Shown: positions 25,101 to 38,519 of the stretch, one piece after another
Layout: each line of letters starts with the position of its first letter
How positions within the stretch are numbered: the stretch's first letter is position 1
NCBI RefSeq assembly: GCF_001194135.2
Contig: NC_068985.1
Span: 103,127,038 to 103,191,037, forward strand
DNA: 64,000 bases
Direction of reading: 5' to 3'
Origin: Octopus bimaculoides
Taxonomy: Eukaryota
The notes under the pieces: generated by a model
Told to the model about the DNA's origin: nothing
Seen by the model: the letters and a program-made list of their open reading frames with translations, nothing else
Databases searched by the model: none
Position numbers and translations under genes: made by a program

Positions 25101-26096
25101 AACCACCTACCAAGATTTTTTGATAATTTATATTCTAAATGACAAAGTTATTTCAGAAAATTTTAATATTATTTTCAAAATTTATGGAAACAAAAGCAGT
25201 GTATTTCATCAGAAGGGTTAAAATTATGGCAAGCGATATTTATTATTTTGTTTCCATTCTTATTTACAAAGTATTTTCACTGCTTCACTTTATATCTCTG
25301 CTGAAAACTATGAACAATGTGTGTTCTCTCTACTGGCTAAGCCAGAGAATAAAATGCTTTGTAGTAACTATTCTGGTTTCTTGCATTCTGATTTTAAATC
25401 TAGCTGAAGATGACTTAGGTTTTCATTCTGCTGACCAGTTTAGGGTGGCAGATTAGCAAAATTGCTAAAAGCAACAATCAGGATGCCTTGTGGTATGTGT
25501 TCTGACTTTTTGCATTCCAGGCTGAAATCTCACTGTGGCTTACTTGAGTGGCAGAGCCAGTTTCCTGATTAAAATACCACTACCTGGCCCTTGGGTGCTT
25601 TTAGCAGTGTCCACTCTGCTACAAATATCAGGGCTAGGCTCGTAATTTGAGAGTCCCCTCCCTCAAGGACCTGCAAAGGTTCATGAATACTGTTCCTTCT
25701 CCTGACACATATAGTAATTTAATTATCTTTACAGATCTCCTAGACTAGCAGTAAATTCCTGTTTATATAGCATTAAGTAGTTGCTAGGTTAGAATCACTA
25801 TCTATGAGAGGATTTGAGATCAGTATTGTAAATCAACAAAATACTTGCTAACTACTAACACTACAGCTATTTCATCTTCTTCTTCTACCACATGTCACTT
25901 CTAGTAGAGCTGATTTCTAATCAAAAATATTCCAGTTATGACCATTCCATCTTCTTCCCAGACCCAGACACTGTACAATCAGATTCCACCCTATCTAATT
26001 TTTTTTTTTTTTTTTTTTTTTATAAGTAAAGCATAACTTATCCTGTGGTCCCTATCAACAGTTAAGAAGACTGAGTTATGTAAAGTATCAAGTATC

Positions 26097-26738
26097 GGAT
26101 CTATTTTAAAACGGGGGCGCCAGTTTTCATTTATGTTTTATGTAGTGTTTTTGGTACGGAAAGACTTTCAAACTTCGTATACTTATCTATTTTGTGTTAT
26201 AGAACAGAAAAATATTTTTGTATTCGAATTTATTTCATGTAAAAATTGTCTTATTTCGATAATTTCTACTAATCACTGACGTCTATTCAGTTGAAAACAG
26301 TTAGCGCTATAACGGTGTATATCGTATTAATCCCCTAACCCTAACCCTAACTAGACTGTTAACCGTAACCCTAACCCTAACTCTAGAATCCGAACTCTAA
26401 AATTGTTACACACATAGATACGCACAGCATAATCTATTATATGAACAATATATGCGTATAAATTACGATTAAACTGGATGAAATATGTCACAGGGAATAA
26501 CATTTTTATGACCACCCAGCAGTAACTCTATTCAGCTGAATAGACGTCAGTGATTGGTTGAAATTACAGAAATACGACAACTTTAACATGGAATAACTTG
26601 CGAATTCCTTTTTTTTGTTAAGAAGACTAAGAGTAAAAGATGTTTTATATGACACATTCTACCAGTGTCCCAAGTTTCAAAGTGTTTCGTTAGTGTTTCG
26701 TTAAGAAAATACTGGCGCCCCCGTTTTAAAATAGATCC
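26097..26738. mobile_element. Merlin-like MITE, copy B (inverted relative to A and C), internal CCCTAA repeats
   Basis: Perfect 28-bp TIR GGATCTATTTTAAAACGGGGGCGCCAGT; flanks CAAGTATC / AAAGTATC (7/8 TSD); telomeric-type repeats at about 26333-26385; near-identical to the reverse complement of 48823-49489. Confidence 0.9.
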
Positions 26739-28440
26739 AAAGTATCTTTAGAATGGATACAGCATATTGTTCTTGTCAGGATGTGTATATTGAACCCATT
26801 ATCATGTAGTCCAGTGACTTTTTTAGTCAGCAGCCATCTATAGCTTCCCTGTGAATATTTAAACAAAGAATTACTGATGCAATGGAAAACATAATAAAGC
26901 AACAGATAAACTCCTTGTGCACTGAGATCATGAACTGGTTTCAATCACCATCTTTTAAGCCATTCCATTCCTTTTACAGAGCTATTGAGAAAAGCATAAA
27001 CATTACACAGTCACAATATTCGTCTCTTAATAATCTGAGCTCTTCAGCTTATGCAAGTAATCAATAACTTTTGGTATCTTGAGATTTGTTTTTGTCTTCA
27101 AAGAAAATAAATCATAAATACTTATCCTGTTCTTTACTAATTATTATTACACTCCTTGTAGGGTCATTCATTTAAAGTAATCGACAAACTTTCTACTTAA
27201 CACCTCAAATTCCCTTAACATCAAACTTGGTTAAATCCAGTCTCTGACTATACATCTACGTACATACTTCTGTTTCCACTTATACATTGTCAAACACATA
27301 TACATACTGCGACATCCAGTTACCAGTCTTAATTCAAACCTCTTCATTCTCTAGAAGAGTGTCAGCATCAATTTATATCACTCCAAATCTAATCTTTGGT
27401 GTCAGCAAGCATATTACTAGACAGACAGCCTGACTCTAGTACACAGCATCCAATTCTCCACTTAGCTAAAAATTGCTACTGGGCTACCTACTTACAGGAT
27501 TGTCATTTAAGATTCCCTACTAGCCAAACAGGATTATCCCAGGGTTGGTTAGATAATTGCTCATTGATAACAAATAAATCACTATAAGTACTGAATAACT
27601 AGAACTTGCCTTCACCATGTTCATCAAATGTTTTAACTCCAGGGCAAATTACATTTGCATGTTTTTTTTTATTTTCAAATCCTATATATTTGGTTTGTTT
27701 TATTTTGTGTGTAGCAAAGAGGTAGGGAACCTGCAGTTTTGAGACAAAGCTATAGCTGTGACAGCCTGCTGTCTATCCGCGAATTCTAAATCTTCATTTT
27801 CCATTTACTTTTGAAATAATAGTATACTGGTGATGCAAAATAATCAATAACTTATATATAGCATGTAAATGTCACAAAAGTAATTATATTTTTAATTAAC
27901 TCATTTTTACAGAATATTATCACTGCATCAGCATGAAGTTTGATACATGCTGCCAAATCAAGTCTACATTAATTGAAATGTAGTCTTCAAATTAAAAATA
28001 AAAATAAAAAACACACAAGGTTCTTTTCTCTTGGTTTAGCACCATCTTTTTAATATGAAAGCATTCATTACAGTTAGATTTCTTAAGCATACCTCTTGGC
28101 AGTTTTAGTCCTTTCTTTATTATAAGCTCAAATTTCACCAAGGTCATTCTTACCTTTCCTTACTCTGGTGGCATTTGGAATATGTTAGTATATGTTAATG
28201 AATTAAGTGCCACAAATGTAATGTTTGGTTGATTGACTTGACAATGTTGCTGGACCACAGGCAATAAATAAACTGGTCAAATAAAGTACACCTATCATGC
28301 CAATTTTTTGGTACCACTGCTTGATCTTCAATAATGTTTTTATATATAAATAATTTAACAAATCATTGGTGCATTAATAGTATTCAGTTTCATGTGTTCT
28401 GTACTACTGTATATCTATTTGTCTGTCTGCCTCTCTCTCC

Positions 28441-28508
<68 letters not shown>

Positions 28509-30779
28509 AACAAGCAGCATCTAGTTTCAAGCCTGTGTTTAGATTTCATCTGCAACTGAGCTACCTTATTAACTGTTCACAAAAGTCGCATTTATAAACT
28601 CAATTATTACTAAGAGATTGAATAAACTAGGTAGACAGATTTGCATGGATGATGCATTCTTGGAAGTTGAATTCTTTAATAAATTATGAATGTTAGTAAT
28701 AAGCTTAATAGTGTCTTGTTTCAATTCCATGCTGTATGACAAAATAAATCTGTAGGTTTTTAATCAGTGACATGTAAACATCTTGTTTTTATATGCAATA
28801 CATTCAGGAATAGAAAAAGAGGCACTGGTTAGACTAATTTCAATCTTGTGTTGGAATTTTATCAGCTACTGAGTATCCCTTTTTAACTGTCTTTGTTTAT
28901 ATACCCACTAATACCAGGGACTTAAGTAAACTGAATAGATCTATTTGCAAATAACATCATTCTTAGCAGTTAATTTGATTACTAGTAGGTTAACATGTTT
29001 CTATGCTATACCATAAGGCAGACTATATCAATAGATTTTTAAATAACACTCTAAATGCACAGACATAAACACTTTATATACAATATCTTTGTGGACAGAA
29101 AATAAATTGTCTATATTTAGAAAATTCATATGCTCAGATAGCTCCTCTCTCTCTCTCTTTGCTATAAATTCTATAAATTGAATGAACCCATTCATCTGAA
29201 AAGCTTGTTTAGAGTTAAATATATGCACATGTGTCATGAATCACATTTATTATAATGTAACATTGTATAGATAACAAACACACATGCACAGACATGTAGA
29301 CACACACATACAAATTCAAATCACAAGGTATTGGTTAATAATACAAAGTTGCCTAAGGTGACATGCAGTGGGGATTGAACACAAAGCCATGTGGTTATCA
29401 GGCAAACTTCTTAACTATACAACCAGTCATGCACTTATTTTATTGATTTTTGGAGTGATGAAAAACAAATTCAACATCAGAATAATTTGAATTCAGAGCA
29501 CAAAAAGATAAATGATCATTGAATTAAATTTTGAGCAGTATTGAGTTCTGTCCCTTCATATTCGAAGTTGAAATCTTAGTGGGGTCAACTTTGCCTTTTC
29601 ATCCCATCTGAATATAGACCACACTAGGATCAATTCAAATTATCACATCGCCCACTCACTCCCTTACAAATTTGTGGCTTTAAGAATCAACTTTGCTTTT
29701 ATTCTTCAGGGGACTAAAAGTAGTGTGGTGTTGGTGGTGGTAGTTGTAGTAATATTGGAATGGTCGTATTTCCAAGATGCTGTATTTGGAATAGAATTTA
29801 ATTCAAATCAGAACAAAGTATGTTAGGAGTTATTTGGTGGAAGAAACAATGGTGATCAAAAGGGTAAGAGTGAAAAGTAAGAGAAAAGTAGAAACGGGCC
29901 TAGCTTAAGGGTCAATTAATCAAACGCAGAATAGCGATCTATAAAGGATTTAACTCCTAAATACTTCCTTATGAGATGAGGAAGCCTGGGGAAATGGTGC
30001 GGAATGGTGTGGGAATAAGAAGAGAATAATTAACTTAGGGAAACGTTAATACTGTGTGTGTGTGTGTATGTTTCTGTTTGAAAGATAGTGATAGAGAGCT
30101 GGATAAAAGAAAACAGAAAGAGAACGAGAGAAAACGTAGAGAAAACGTAGAGAACAGTAGAACAGAGGGGGTGAAACATAATATAAAGCTTAAAAAGGAT
30201 ATTAAAATACAGAGAGCGAAGAAAGTATTTTGATAAAGAGAGGGAGGGAGAGGATTGTGATGATAATGATATTTTAAGAGGATAAAATTTCGTTTATTTG
30301 CAGTTCAAAATATGAACGGTGTCGACTGTTTCAACTAACCACAAGTACATAGATCGATAGACACTTAACTGTCACAGGACGAAGCCAGTACAAATGCATG
30401 GATAAAATGAGTACATAGTTTGAGGCGTTGCTTCAGCCAGCTTTCTCATATTCTATCGTTCACTTCCCATCCAAAACTTTTGACTCTTTCATAATAATAT
30501 TCTTTCTCTCTCTCTCACCATCAACCATATCCTTTACACTCCACTTCTTTAATATCTTTTTTTATCACAATCCAAGCGGCAAAACCGTTCTTTTTTTTTT
30601 CTCTCTTTTTCTTTCTCAGTCGAAGAATCAAGGGTTCAAAACATTAGGTATTCTGTTTCTCAAGGAAACTGAACATATCTAACTCTCCTACACAAATGGG
30701 TAGAGTGGACAGCATTCATTTACGAACTTGTAAGGTACTTTGATACATACGGTAATATTAGTAATTCTTGAAACATTCC

Positions 30780-31060
30780 ATAATGCTGACGGCATTTCTA
30801 CGAATAATTAATTGCAAGTGAAATTCGCTGAAATAACCGAGAATCATCTATTTAATCATCCTAATTTCAATGAGCTGACAGCCACACTGCTTCAAGTAGA
30901 CAGACGGTAGTTAAAAGACCACGTGCACCAAAAGACTGAAAAGGCGAGATGTTGGAAAAGATACTGACTGGTCAATTCTGAGTGACTGCAGTTCATCATC
31001 TCTACCAGAAACTGAAGAGGGCTCCTTGTCTACGATGTAGAAAGGGCATTGTTACATAAC
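30780..31060 (+). mobile_element. Possible Penelope-like 3' remnant
   Basis: ENHLFNHP-like peptide followed by CTGAAGAGGGC; weak. Confidence 0.25.
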
Positions 31061-32479
31061 GAGGTGATGATAATGTAAAATATGAGAAATTTCAGTCTGT
31101 TAAATAAAATGGGTGGAGGGAGAAGAGTTGTGCAATTAAAATAATAACATTAACCAAATGTTTTGTTGTCCTACAAAAGGTCAAGAAGTTGCTCGAGCCA
31201 CCAAACCAGTCTCTGTGTAGTGACCATGATCTGTTAGAAATAACAACTATACCTCGCACCATTCCGTCTTCAAAAAACAAGGACAAATTGGCGATGTTGT
31301 CCTAAATATAGAGACTCCCACCCCCGCAAAAAAACCAGGGACCAAGTTAGGATATCAACTAGTGATATAACATGAAGGTAGGCTATGTGGATTGTGTGAA
31401 CACAGTTACATACTTCAGAAATACAAGATTGCTTGCAGATATAGCATCTTGTGTGATACCGATATAAGAATTTGCTCATGATAGAGAAAACAATATTTAA
31501 GAAAATAAGGATAATAGAGCGTCGGAGATTAAATGGAATTTTTCTGTCATTCGCTTCGAGTTCAAATACCATTAAAAGCCAACTTTGGTATCATACCTCC
31601 AGGAATCGTTAAAATGAGTTGTATGCAGCGTAATTTCAGTTGATTGTACTCAGAACACTGGCCTCGTACATAGTCAAAAGCAACTAATATTAAGGATAAC
31701 TTCTATTGAATACAATCTGAAAATACTTTTTGAGAAACTCTTTTCATTTTGCCTCTCCTATACATTTGTTATGTACATTTGGAAGCTCTCTTCAGTTGTA
31801 CAGAATAAACGATCTTTTCACAGTAAATGTAAACGGTTTTCAGCAATATTCTAACTTTGAGAACAAAAAAAATGCTTCAGAGTCAGCTCAACCAATTGAA
31901 ATGCAATCACATTTACCAAAATTTATTTTATGACAGAATACTTAACATTATCGATTTTTTTAAATACATAGATCCACGGGCTCTTCCTGACTCTAGTCAC
32001 GTGGACAGTCGCAATTTGGTCAGTGGTTAATGAACAGTAAGAGGTATGGAAAAGGGGGTAAAAAGCGAATGAGAATATTACAGTTAAAAATAAACTGTGG
32101 AAGAGACTGAAAGAATACGTAATTGGAAAAAAATTTAGAAGTTAACCTATGTGGAGTCGAAATTCTTAAGCTTGTCACAGAAATTTTTCGTGACAGGAGT
32201 CCAGAGATGAGCTGACCCACACACATCTATACTTGCATGCATGAATGAATACACTCTCATACATGCAATAAATTTCAAGATATGAATAGACAAAAGAAAG
32301 TGCACTCTTCCTCGGGAAACAGGATCTTGTGTTAGAGAAAAATCCGAAATAAATACATAGAGAGAAGAAGCTTTCGTTTCACAGTCTCTAAAATGAACCG
32401 CAACTTCAGTTTAACGCATGTATCTTTCGATATGTGTGCAGTACATATACTGTATTACACATGTGCTCACATTGTGTGT

Positions 32480-32705
32480 GTGTGTGTGTGTGTGTGTGTT
32501 TGTCCCCCCGAACATTGCTTGACAACCGATGGTGGTGTGTTTACGTCCCCGTAACTTAGCGGTTCGGCAAAAGAACCCAATAGAATAAGTACTAGGCTTC
32601 CAAAGAATAAGTCCTGGGGTCGATTTGCTCGACTAAAGGCAGTGCTCCAGCATGGCCGCAGTCAAATGACTGAAACAAGTAAAATAGTAAAAAAGATTAA
32701 AGAGT
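32480..32705 (+). mobile_element. SINE family 2, 3' half
   Basis: Follows (TG)n; matches 60280-60483. Confidence 0.88.
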
Positions 32706-33852
32706 ATGTGTGTGTGTGTATGTGTGCGTGTATGTACGTATATACACTTAAGTATAGAGAACAGACCGCAGTCACAAAAGCTAAAACGAACTGAGTAATG
32801 TTATTGTCACCTGCGACCACATTAACAGTTAAAGTTCACGTAAGTGTAGTCTCGCTAGTTTCCAATCGTTGGCATTTCTCTTTATTACTTTCACACAAAT
32901 ATCTCAGGACCCCCAGTCTTGTATCATACCTTTGTTGCCTTCTCTGTTACACCTCAATTGTTCATTCATTAATTCAATCATGCATCCCTTTTCTTACACA
33001 AACTTCACTGGTTTATTTGTCGATGTTGTTTAACCCCAGGTCAGTAAAGATTAAGCTGACCTTATGACCAAACGCATTCCAGCTATGATCATTGTCCCCT
33101 CCCTACGCGTAAGGAATCCAGGGCCACATTATCCAACATAACTTTTGTAAGGCGTTAGACAATAATGGAGTTGTGGGGAAATTTGACTACTATTTCTAGT
33201 AGGTCGGGTGACCACATAAGGCTCTTACATGAATAGTAGCCCAGTATGTGCTGTGACAGAGGAAAGGCAAGGGGGGACGTGCTGTCCACTTAGCAGTTCC
33301 CGTAAATGTCATTGCAACGGTTAATGTGTAGACTGCAAGCTCTCTCTCTCTCTCTCCTTCTCTCTCTTTCGGGGTAAAGGTATACATTTATTTATTCTCT
33401 ATGTATGCGTATTTAAAACTACTGTTCGTTTGAATACAGAAGCAGATAGAGAGAGAGAGAAATAGATGATGAGAAGAAACGATAAAATAGAATGAAAAAC
33501 AGAATTAAAGAGCATGATTGAAAGTGGACGATCAGAAGAGGTTAACTGAAGAAGAATGATTAAAAAATTTTGGACGAAAGAGACACTCAAAGGAGACAAG
33601 AAAGGCAACTGAAAAACGTGGATGCTAAAGAAGATAAAAGGAAGAATGATAAGGAAGGAACAACCAGAAAGAAAGTAAATACGACTGAGATGAAAGAAAA
33701 AAAGATAAACAATATGAAAGAGGAAAGAATGTTGAAGAGAAAGCAAAGGGAAATATTGAAGTATGAAACTATTATTTGAAAGATGGAGAAAGAATATTTG
33801 AAAAGAACAGAGTGAAAGAAGATTACCTAAAAGAAATACGGAGAAGACTGTT

Positions 33853-33890
<38 letters not shown>

Positions 33891-34487
33891 ATATATAGTA
33901 TTATTTAAAAGAAAAAAAGGAACTTTTAAGAGAAAGAGAGAGAGAGAGTAAACTTTATTTCAGAGACAAACCTTTGAGAGGGAACGAAACATTTAAACAA
34001 AAGAAAAAAGGGTGATGGACTTACGTTTAAAAGCGATGAATAAAACAAAATATTGAGAGTATACGTTTGAAAGAGAAGAATAAGTGGATTTACGAAAGAG
34101 AAAGACAGAAAAAAAAAAGTAGATATATAAAGTTTAACAACTTTTCGAAAGTACATTAAGAAACAAGTTGCTGTTATTGTTTTTGTTATTCCTCCCACGG
34201 CAAACTCTTTATGGCTTTTATTTATCTATCACCCGCCCCCTTTTCAACTGACACCACTAAACGAGGGCGTCTCGGAGTTTTTTGTACGCACCGAGGATAT
34301 TAACATCTCATCTCATTTACACCTATGTGTACCAGGTACTCGATATTAAGCCAGCTTTTTGGCGTTGTTAATATCGTTGTTCTTATTATTAATGCTATAT
34401 GGAGTTACCTTTAATTATACTCAGCAACACATCAATTATATATTCAGAAAGTATTAAAGAAAGCGATAGTGTTTACATATCGTAGCG

Positions 34488-34542
<55 letters not shown>

Positions 34543-35246
34543 CGGATAGCTCAACCGTGAAATGACACTTAAGCGAAAAGGGATTTTACACAGATTCAGC
34601 TGAAATCGAAAAGGAAATAAAGAGGAAGAAAAAAAAAAACGAAGTTTTATCTGTTTAACAAAACAATGTTTTGCTCACAAAAGCCGCGATTTTTAAACCC
34701 ATAGCCGTCTGTATTTATTCGTGTTTTTTTTTTATGTTAAGATGTTTTACAATATTTATTAACAAACAACCTGCATGCAGCTCACTCATTTTGTAGTTTT
34801 AGTTTCTGATTTCGTTTTTTTACTGTTAAAAAGAAAGAAAAAAACAAGGTAAATCTGTTAGAGATTTCAAAACTATTTCTTATATTACACATAAAACAAG
34901 AAAAGAAAATAATCGAGGATATAAGTTTCTATAAAATAGAATTTAACATTGATAGGGGACTGAGGAGTAAGAGACAAACACTTGGTGAGCTGATCCCCAG
35001 CTTCGACTCTCGATCCAAAATTTTCACTTTTCATGCAATTTGAAAGGAGGCACGCACTTTCTGGTATTCCGTTTGCCTATTATTATGAGGATTTGTACCT
35101 AGTTTTCGAAATCGTGTTACACAGGTAACTAAATTTTGTTGCTGAAATGAATAAGTATTAAGATGCCATCTGCAAACTGAGCTATCTTGGATGGACGATG
35201 GTAACATGTTTCACTTCACTCCAAAGCCGTCTCTTCCTCTTTTTAG

Positions 35247-35429
35247 TCATCGTACACACCATCGTTCCTTTTTTTGATGGTGAAAATGGTGTGAGTGACG
35301 GTGACAGTGGTGGGAGAGACAGTGGCGATCGTGGTACCTGGAAATCCGGATTACACAAAAAGTTCTCTCTCGTTTGCGGCGCCTCCACACCTATTCAATG
35401 CCCACCTGTTCAACTACAGTATGTTGCAG
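35247..35429 (+). CDS. Candidate coding exon (183 nt, phase 1-1), product unknown: IVHTIVPFFDGENGVSDGDSGGRDSGDRGTWKSGLHKKFSLVCGASTPIQCPPVQLQYVA
   Basis: Acceptor CTCTTCCTCTTTTTAG, donor CAG/GTAAGT, only one open frame, GC- and CpG-rich, not a recognised repeat; could alternatively start at ATG 35198 or be a UTR exon. Confidence 0.45.
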
Positions 35430-36404
35430 GTAAGTGTACCAAATCTCTTATCTTAACAACGATATTCTTATGAAGTAGGACGGGGATTTAATCTAATAAT
35501 AAAGTAGGGCAATTAGTGAAGTGAATGGCCTTCAACAGGACCGGAGACTTTCCGCAGTTTAATCTTTGCTGCTTGCACTGAAAATAATTTTTATTGCTTA
35601 GCTTCAGACTTATACTACGGAATGTTCCTCAAATATATTTAGTAGCTTTAGTAAAACTAGTTTTAACAAGGATTCTATCCGTGTAGCAGTCTCGGTTTGT
35701 CAACGTACTTTTTATCAATTGAAAGCAGACACGTCTTTTCCAAAACAAGATAACTCAAATATCAAGAACCAAATATCGATCCCTTTCCCTACTTGTCCGT
35801 TATCTATTATAATAATAATCGTTTTTATTTGATAGTAAAAAGGGATCTGAACTATTTCTTAATAATTTGAGAATGATTTCTCAAAAATAATTCAAGATAG
35901 TTTCTCCTTGTTTATTATCAATGGTCTCTGCATGTTGAAACATGTTTGCATTTACATGAGTTACCGAGTTCGATTTACTGAATTACCTTAATTTTCCACG
36001 TATTCTTGTGCCCTTGACAAAGCTGGATTTCTTTTTTAATTAATAAATAGTCCATCTGATGTCAGTCTCAGGAGTTTTGGAACAACTCGAGACAATAATA
36101 AAATCCAATTCGTCCAAAATGATGAGCAGTAGGATAGTACCTATCATCTCATGATATTAATGTGAACTTCTTAACTACTTGGCTATACCTGCATCTGTTA
36201 CACACAAAAAACGAATACATAGCACACCAAAACAAGGTACATATGGGGTAGAGGAGATTGTGGAGGATGATTTGATACGCAATGTTGATTCCAAAGTAGT
36301 ATTTCGAACCTGTTTGTCAATGATTTATGTACTTAAATGTCTGCAGCTATGTTATAGTTGACACTTAAGCCACGTTTTTTTTTACCTTCAATCGCCGATT
36401 GTTT

Positions 36405-36609
36405 ATTATTTTACTTGTTTCAGTCATTTGACTGCGACCATGCTGGAGCACCGCCTTTAGTCAAACAAATCGACCGTAGGACTTATTCTTTGTAAGCCTA
36501 TTACTAGTACTTATTCTATCGATCTCTTTTGCCAAACCGCTAGGTTATGGGGACATAAAGACATCAACATCGGTTGTCAAGCGATGGTAGGGGGACAAAC
36601 GCAGACACA

Positions 36610-36652
<43 letters not shown>

Positions 36653-36655
36653 GAC
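36405..36655 (-). mobile_element. SINE family 2, 3' half; the remainder probably lies in the gap
   Basis: Reverse match, ending at (TA)n-ACGAC next to the N gap. Confidence 0.85.
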
Positions 36656-36874
36656 NNNNNNNNNNNNNNNNNNNNNNNNNNNNNNNNNNNNNNNNNNNNN
36701 NNNNNNNNNNNNNNNNNNNNNNNNNNNNNNNNNNNNNNNNNNNNNNNNNNNNNNNNNNNNNNNNNNNNNNNNNNNNNNNNNNNNNNNNNNNNNNNNNNNN
36801 NNNNNNNNNNNNNNNNNNNNNNNNNNNNNNNNNNNNNNNNNNNNNNNNNNNNNNNNNNNNNNNGGAAATTTTAC

Positions 36875-37003
36875 CTCTTTCTCTAACGTTTTCCAGAATT
36901 CAACTTGTTTCCAGCCACTGAAACATGATCTTTCAGAGAGTGCTATTGCAAACCTACACAAGTGAACGTGTGAAAAACAAAATAGGAATCTTGAAGGAAG
37001 CAT
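36875..37003 (-). CDS. Candidate exon (129 nt) MLPSRFLFCFSHVHLCRFAIALSERSCFSGWKQVEFWKTLEKE
   Basis: Acceptor TTTTATAG directly before ATG, donor GAG/GTAAAA; upstream donor GTAAGT at 38006-38001; no homology recognised. Confidence 0.3.
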
Positions 37004-38000
37004 CTATAAAATTTGTTTTTAAACATCAAATGGCCATGGGGTCCACCAAGATAAAATAGTTATCGAAGGGGTCCAATAAGTAAAAAAAATGGTTGAAAAC
37101 TACATCTCTAGTTCCCATCACTGTTCCCATTCCTTCCTTTCCAGAACTTCCCCACCCACTTTCCACAAGGGTTAACTTATAAAGGGTCAAGAGGAACATT
37201 AATGACACCAATGGCATGCAAAGGGTTCGAGCACCGCTCTGTCCTTCTGACCCAGCAAGTAAAAATCTATAAATAAGTAAGATAAAATGGTTTGATTATT
37301 GCTCCATTGCTAATAGGACAGATTTGAGCAATTGTCACCGTTATGTTATCGGTCACTTACAAACGTGTTGAAGATAAGTCAATGTATCTGAAAAACCAGC
37401 TTCGATTTCTGGTCGTAGTTTTTCCATATCAATTGCTTTTAATGTTTATTAAAGAATGCCATACGTACAATAACCGGCGAGGTTTTTAATTGAACACCCA
37501 CGGTTTGTTTAATACCTGGCACCGTAATAAACGCAAAATTATGCCTTTTCGATGATTATTACACATTTATCAAATTGATTTTATGTTAAGCTACATGTTC
37601 CCTGATGACACTTTCAAATATTTTAGATAGTCTTTAAATACTATATCATATTCATGCATTTGTTCATACATTTAATAAAATATTGTTTTGATGTCATAAG
37701 AATTCATAAACTTCGAGAGAACGTGAAATAATTTCCTTTGGAACGATGGGTCTCGAAGCAAATAAAGCTATGTTGGGTTAAAAACTGTTTGTTGTTATTG
37801 TTATACACATTTATATTCATTAACATTTAAAATAACATTCAGGCAAAAAGGAAAAAAACGAAAAACAAGAAAATACGAATTCAGCATCGAAATCATACAT
37901 TATCAGTTATCTCCAACTAATAAAAGGTGTTATATTTATAATTTTGTAAAATTCATGCACTTTAGGAAGCATTAGTCAGCTACATATGTGACATTAAATT

Positions 38001-38120
38001 ACTTACGGTTGGAAATCGAAATCGAATCACGCACATTTACCTTCTCACGTCTACGGTTTGTTCGAATCTTCTCTTCCTGAGAAACACATACTGCAACGTT
38101 TCTCGAAGTTCGATGGCATT
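38001..38120 (-). promoter_or_regulatory. Candidate non-coding first exon of a minus-strand transcript
   Basis: CpG-enriched segment ending at a perfect GTAAGT donor (38006-38001); alternative donor AG/GTAAAT near 38038. Confidence 0.3.
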
Positions 38121-38519
38121 GTTCACATGACTAACAATGAGAAAATATTAGTATTTATATACGATGAAGTGCTTTTTATTTTTTTTATTTCTTATAACTT
38201 TAGATGATTAAAAAGAAATATTTTCGTTCACAAACAAGCATTAGTCATCTTCGTGTTAGTTGATATGACACAAAAGAACATTAACAATAATATTTACGAT
38301 TTAAATTTCATTGCAGATTTTCTCACGACACATATCTGAAAAAAAAAAAAATCATTGAAGGATAAAATTTTCGCAACAAATAGTCCGATTAATTTTGAAT
38401 GTTTATTTTATTTATTTATTTATATAACATAGCAAAGCTATGTTTTATACAAATTCACATGCATTTGTAGGCTTTTTTATTTTTTAGCAGCATGCAACTT
38501 CTTGTCATTTGTTCCCATA

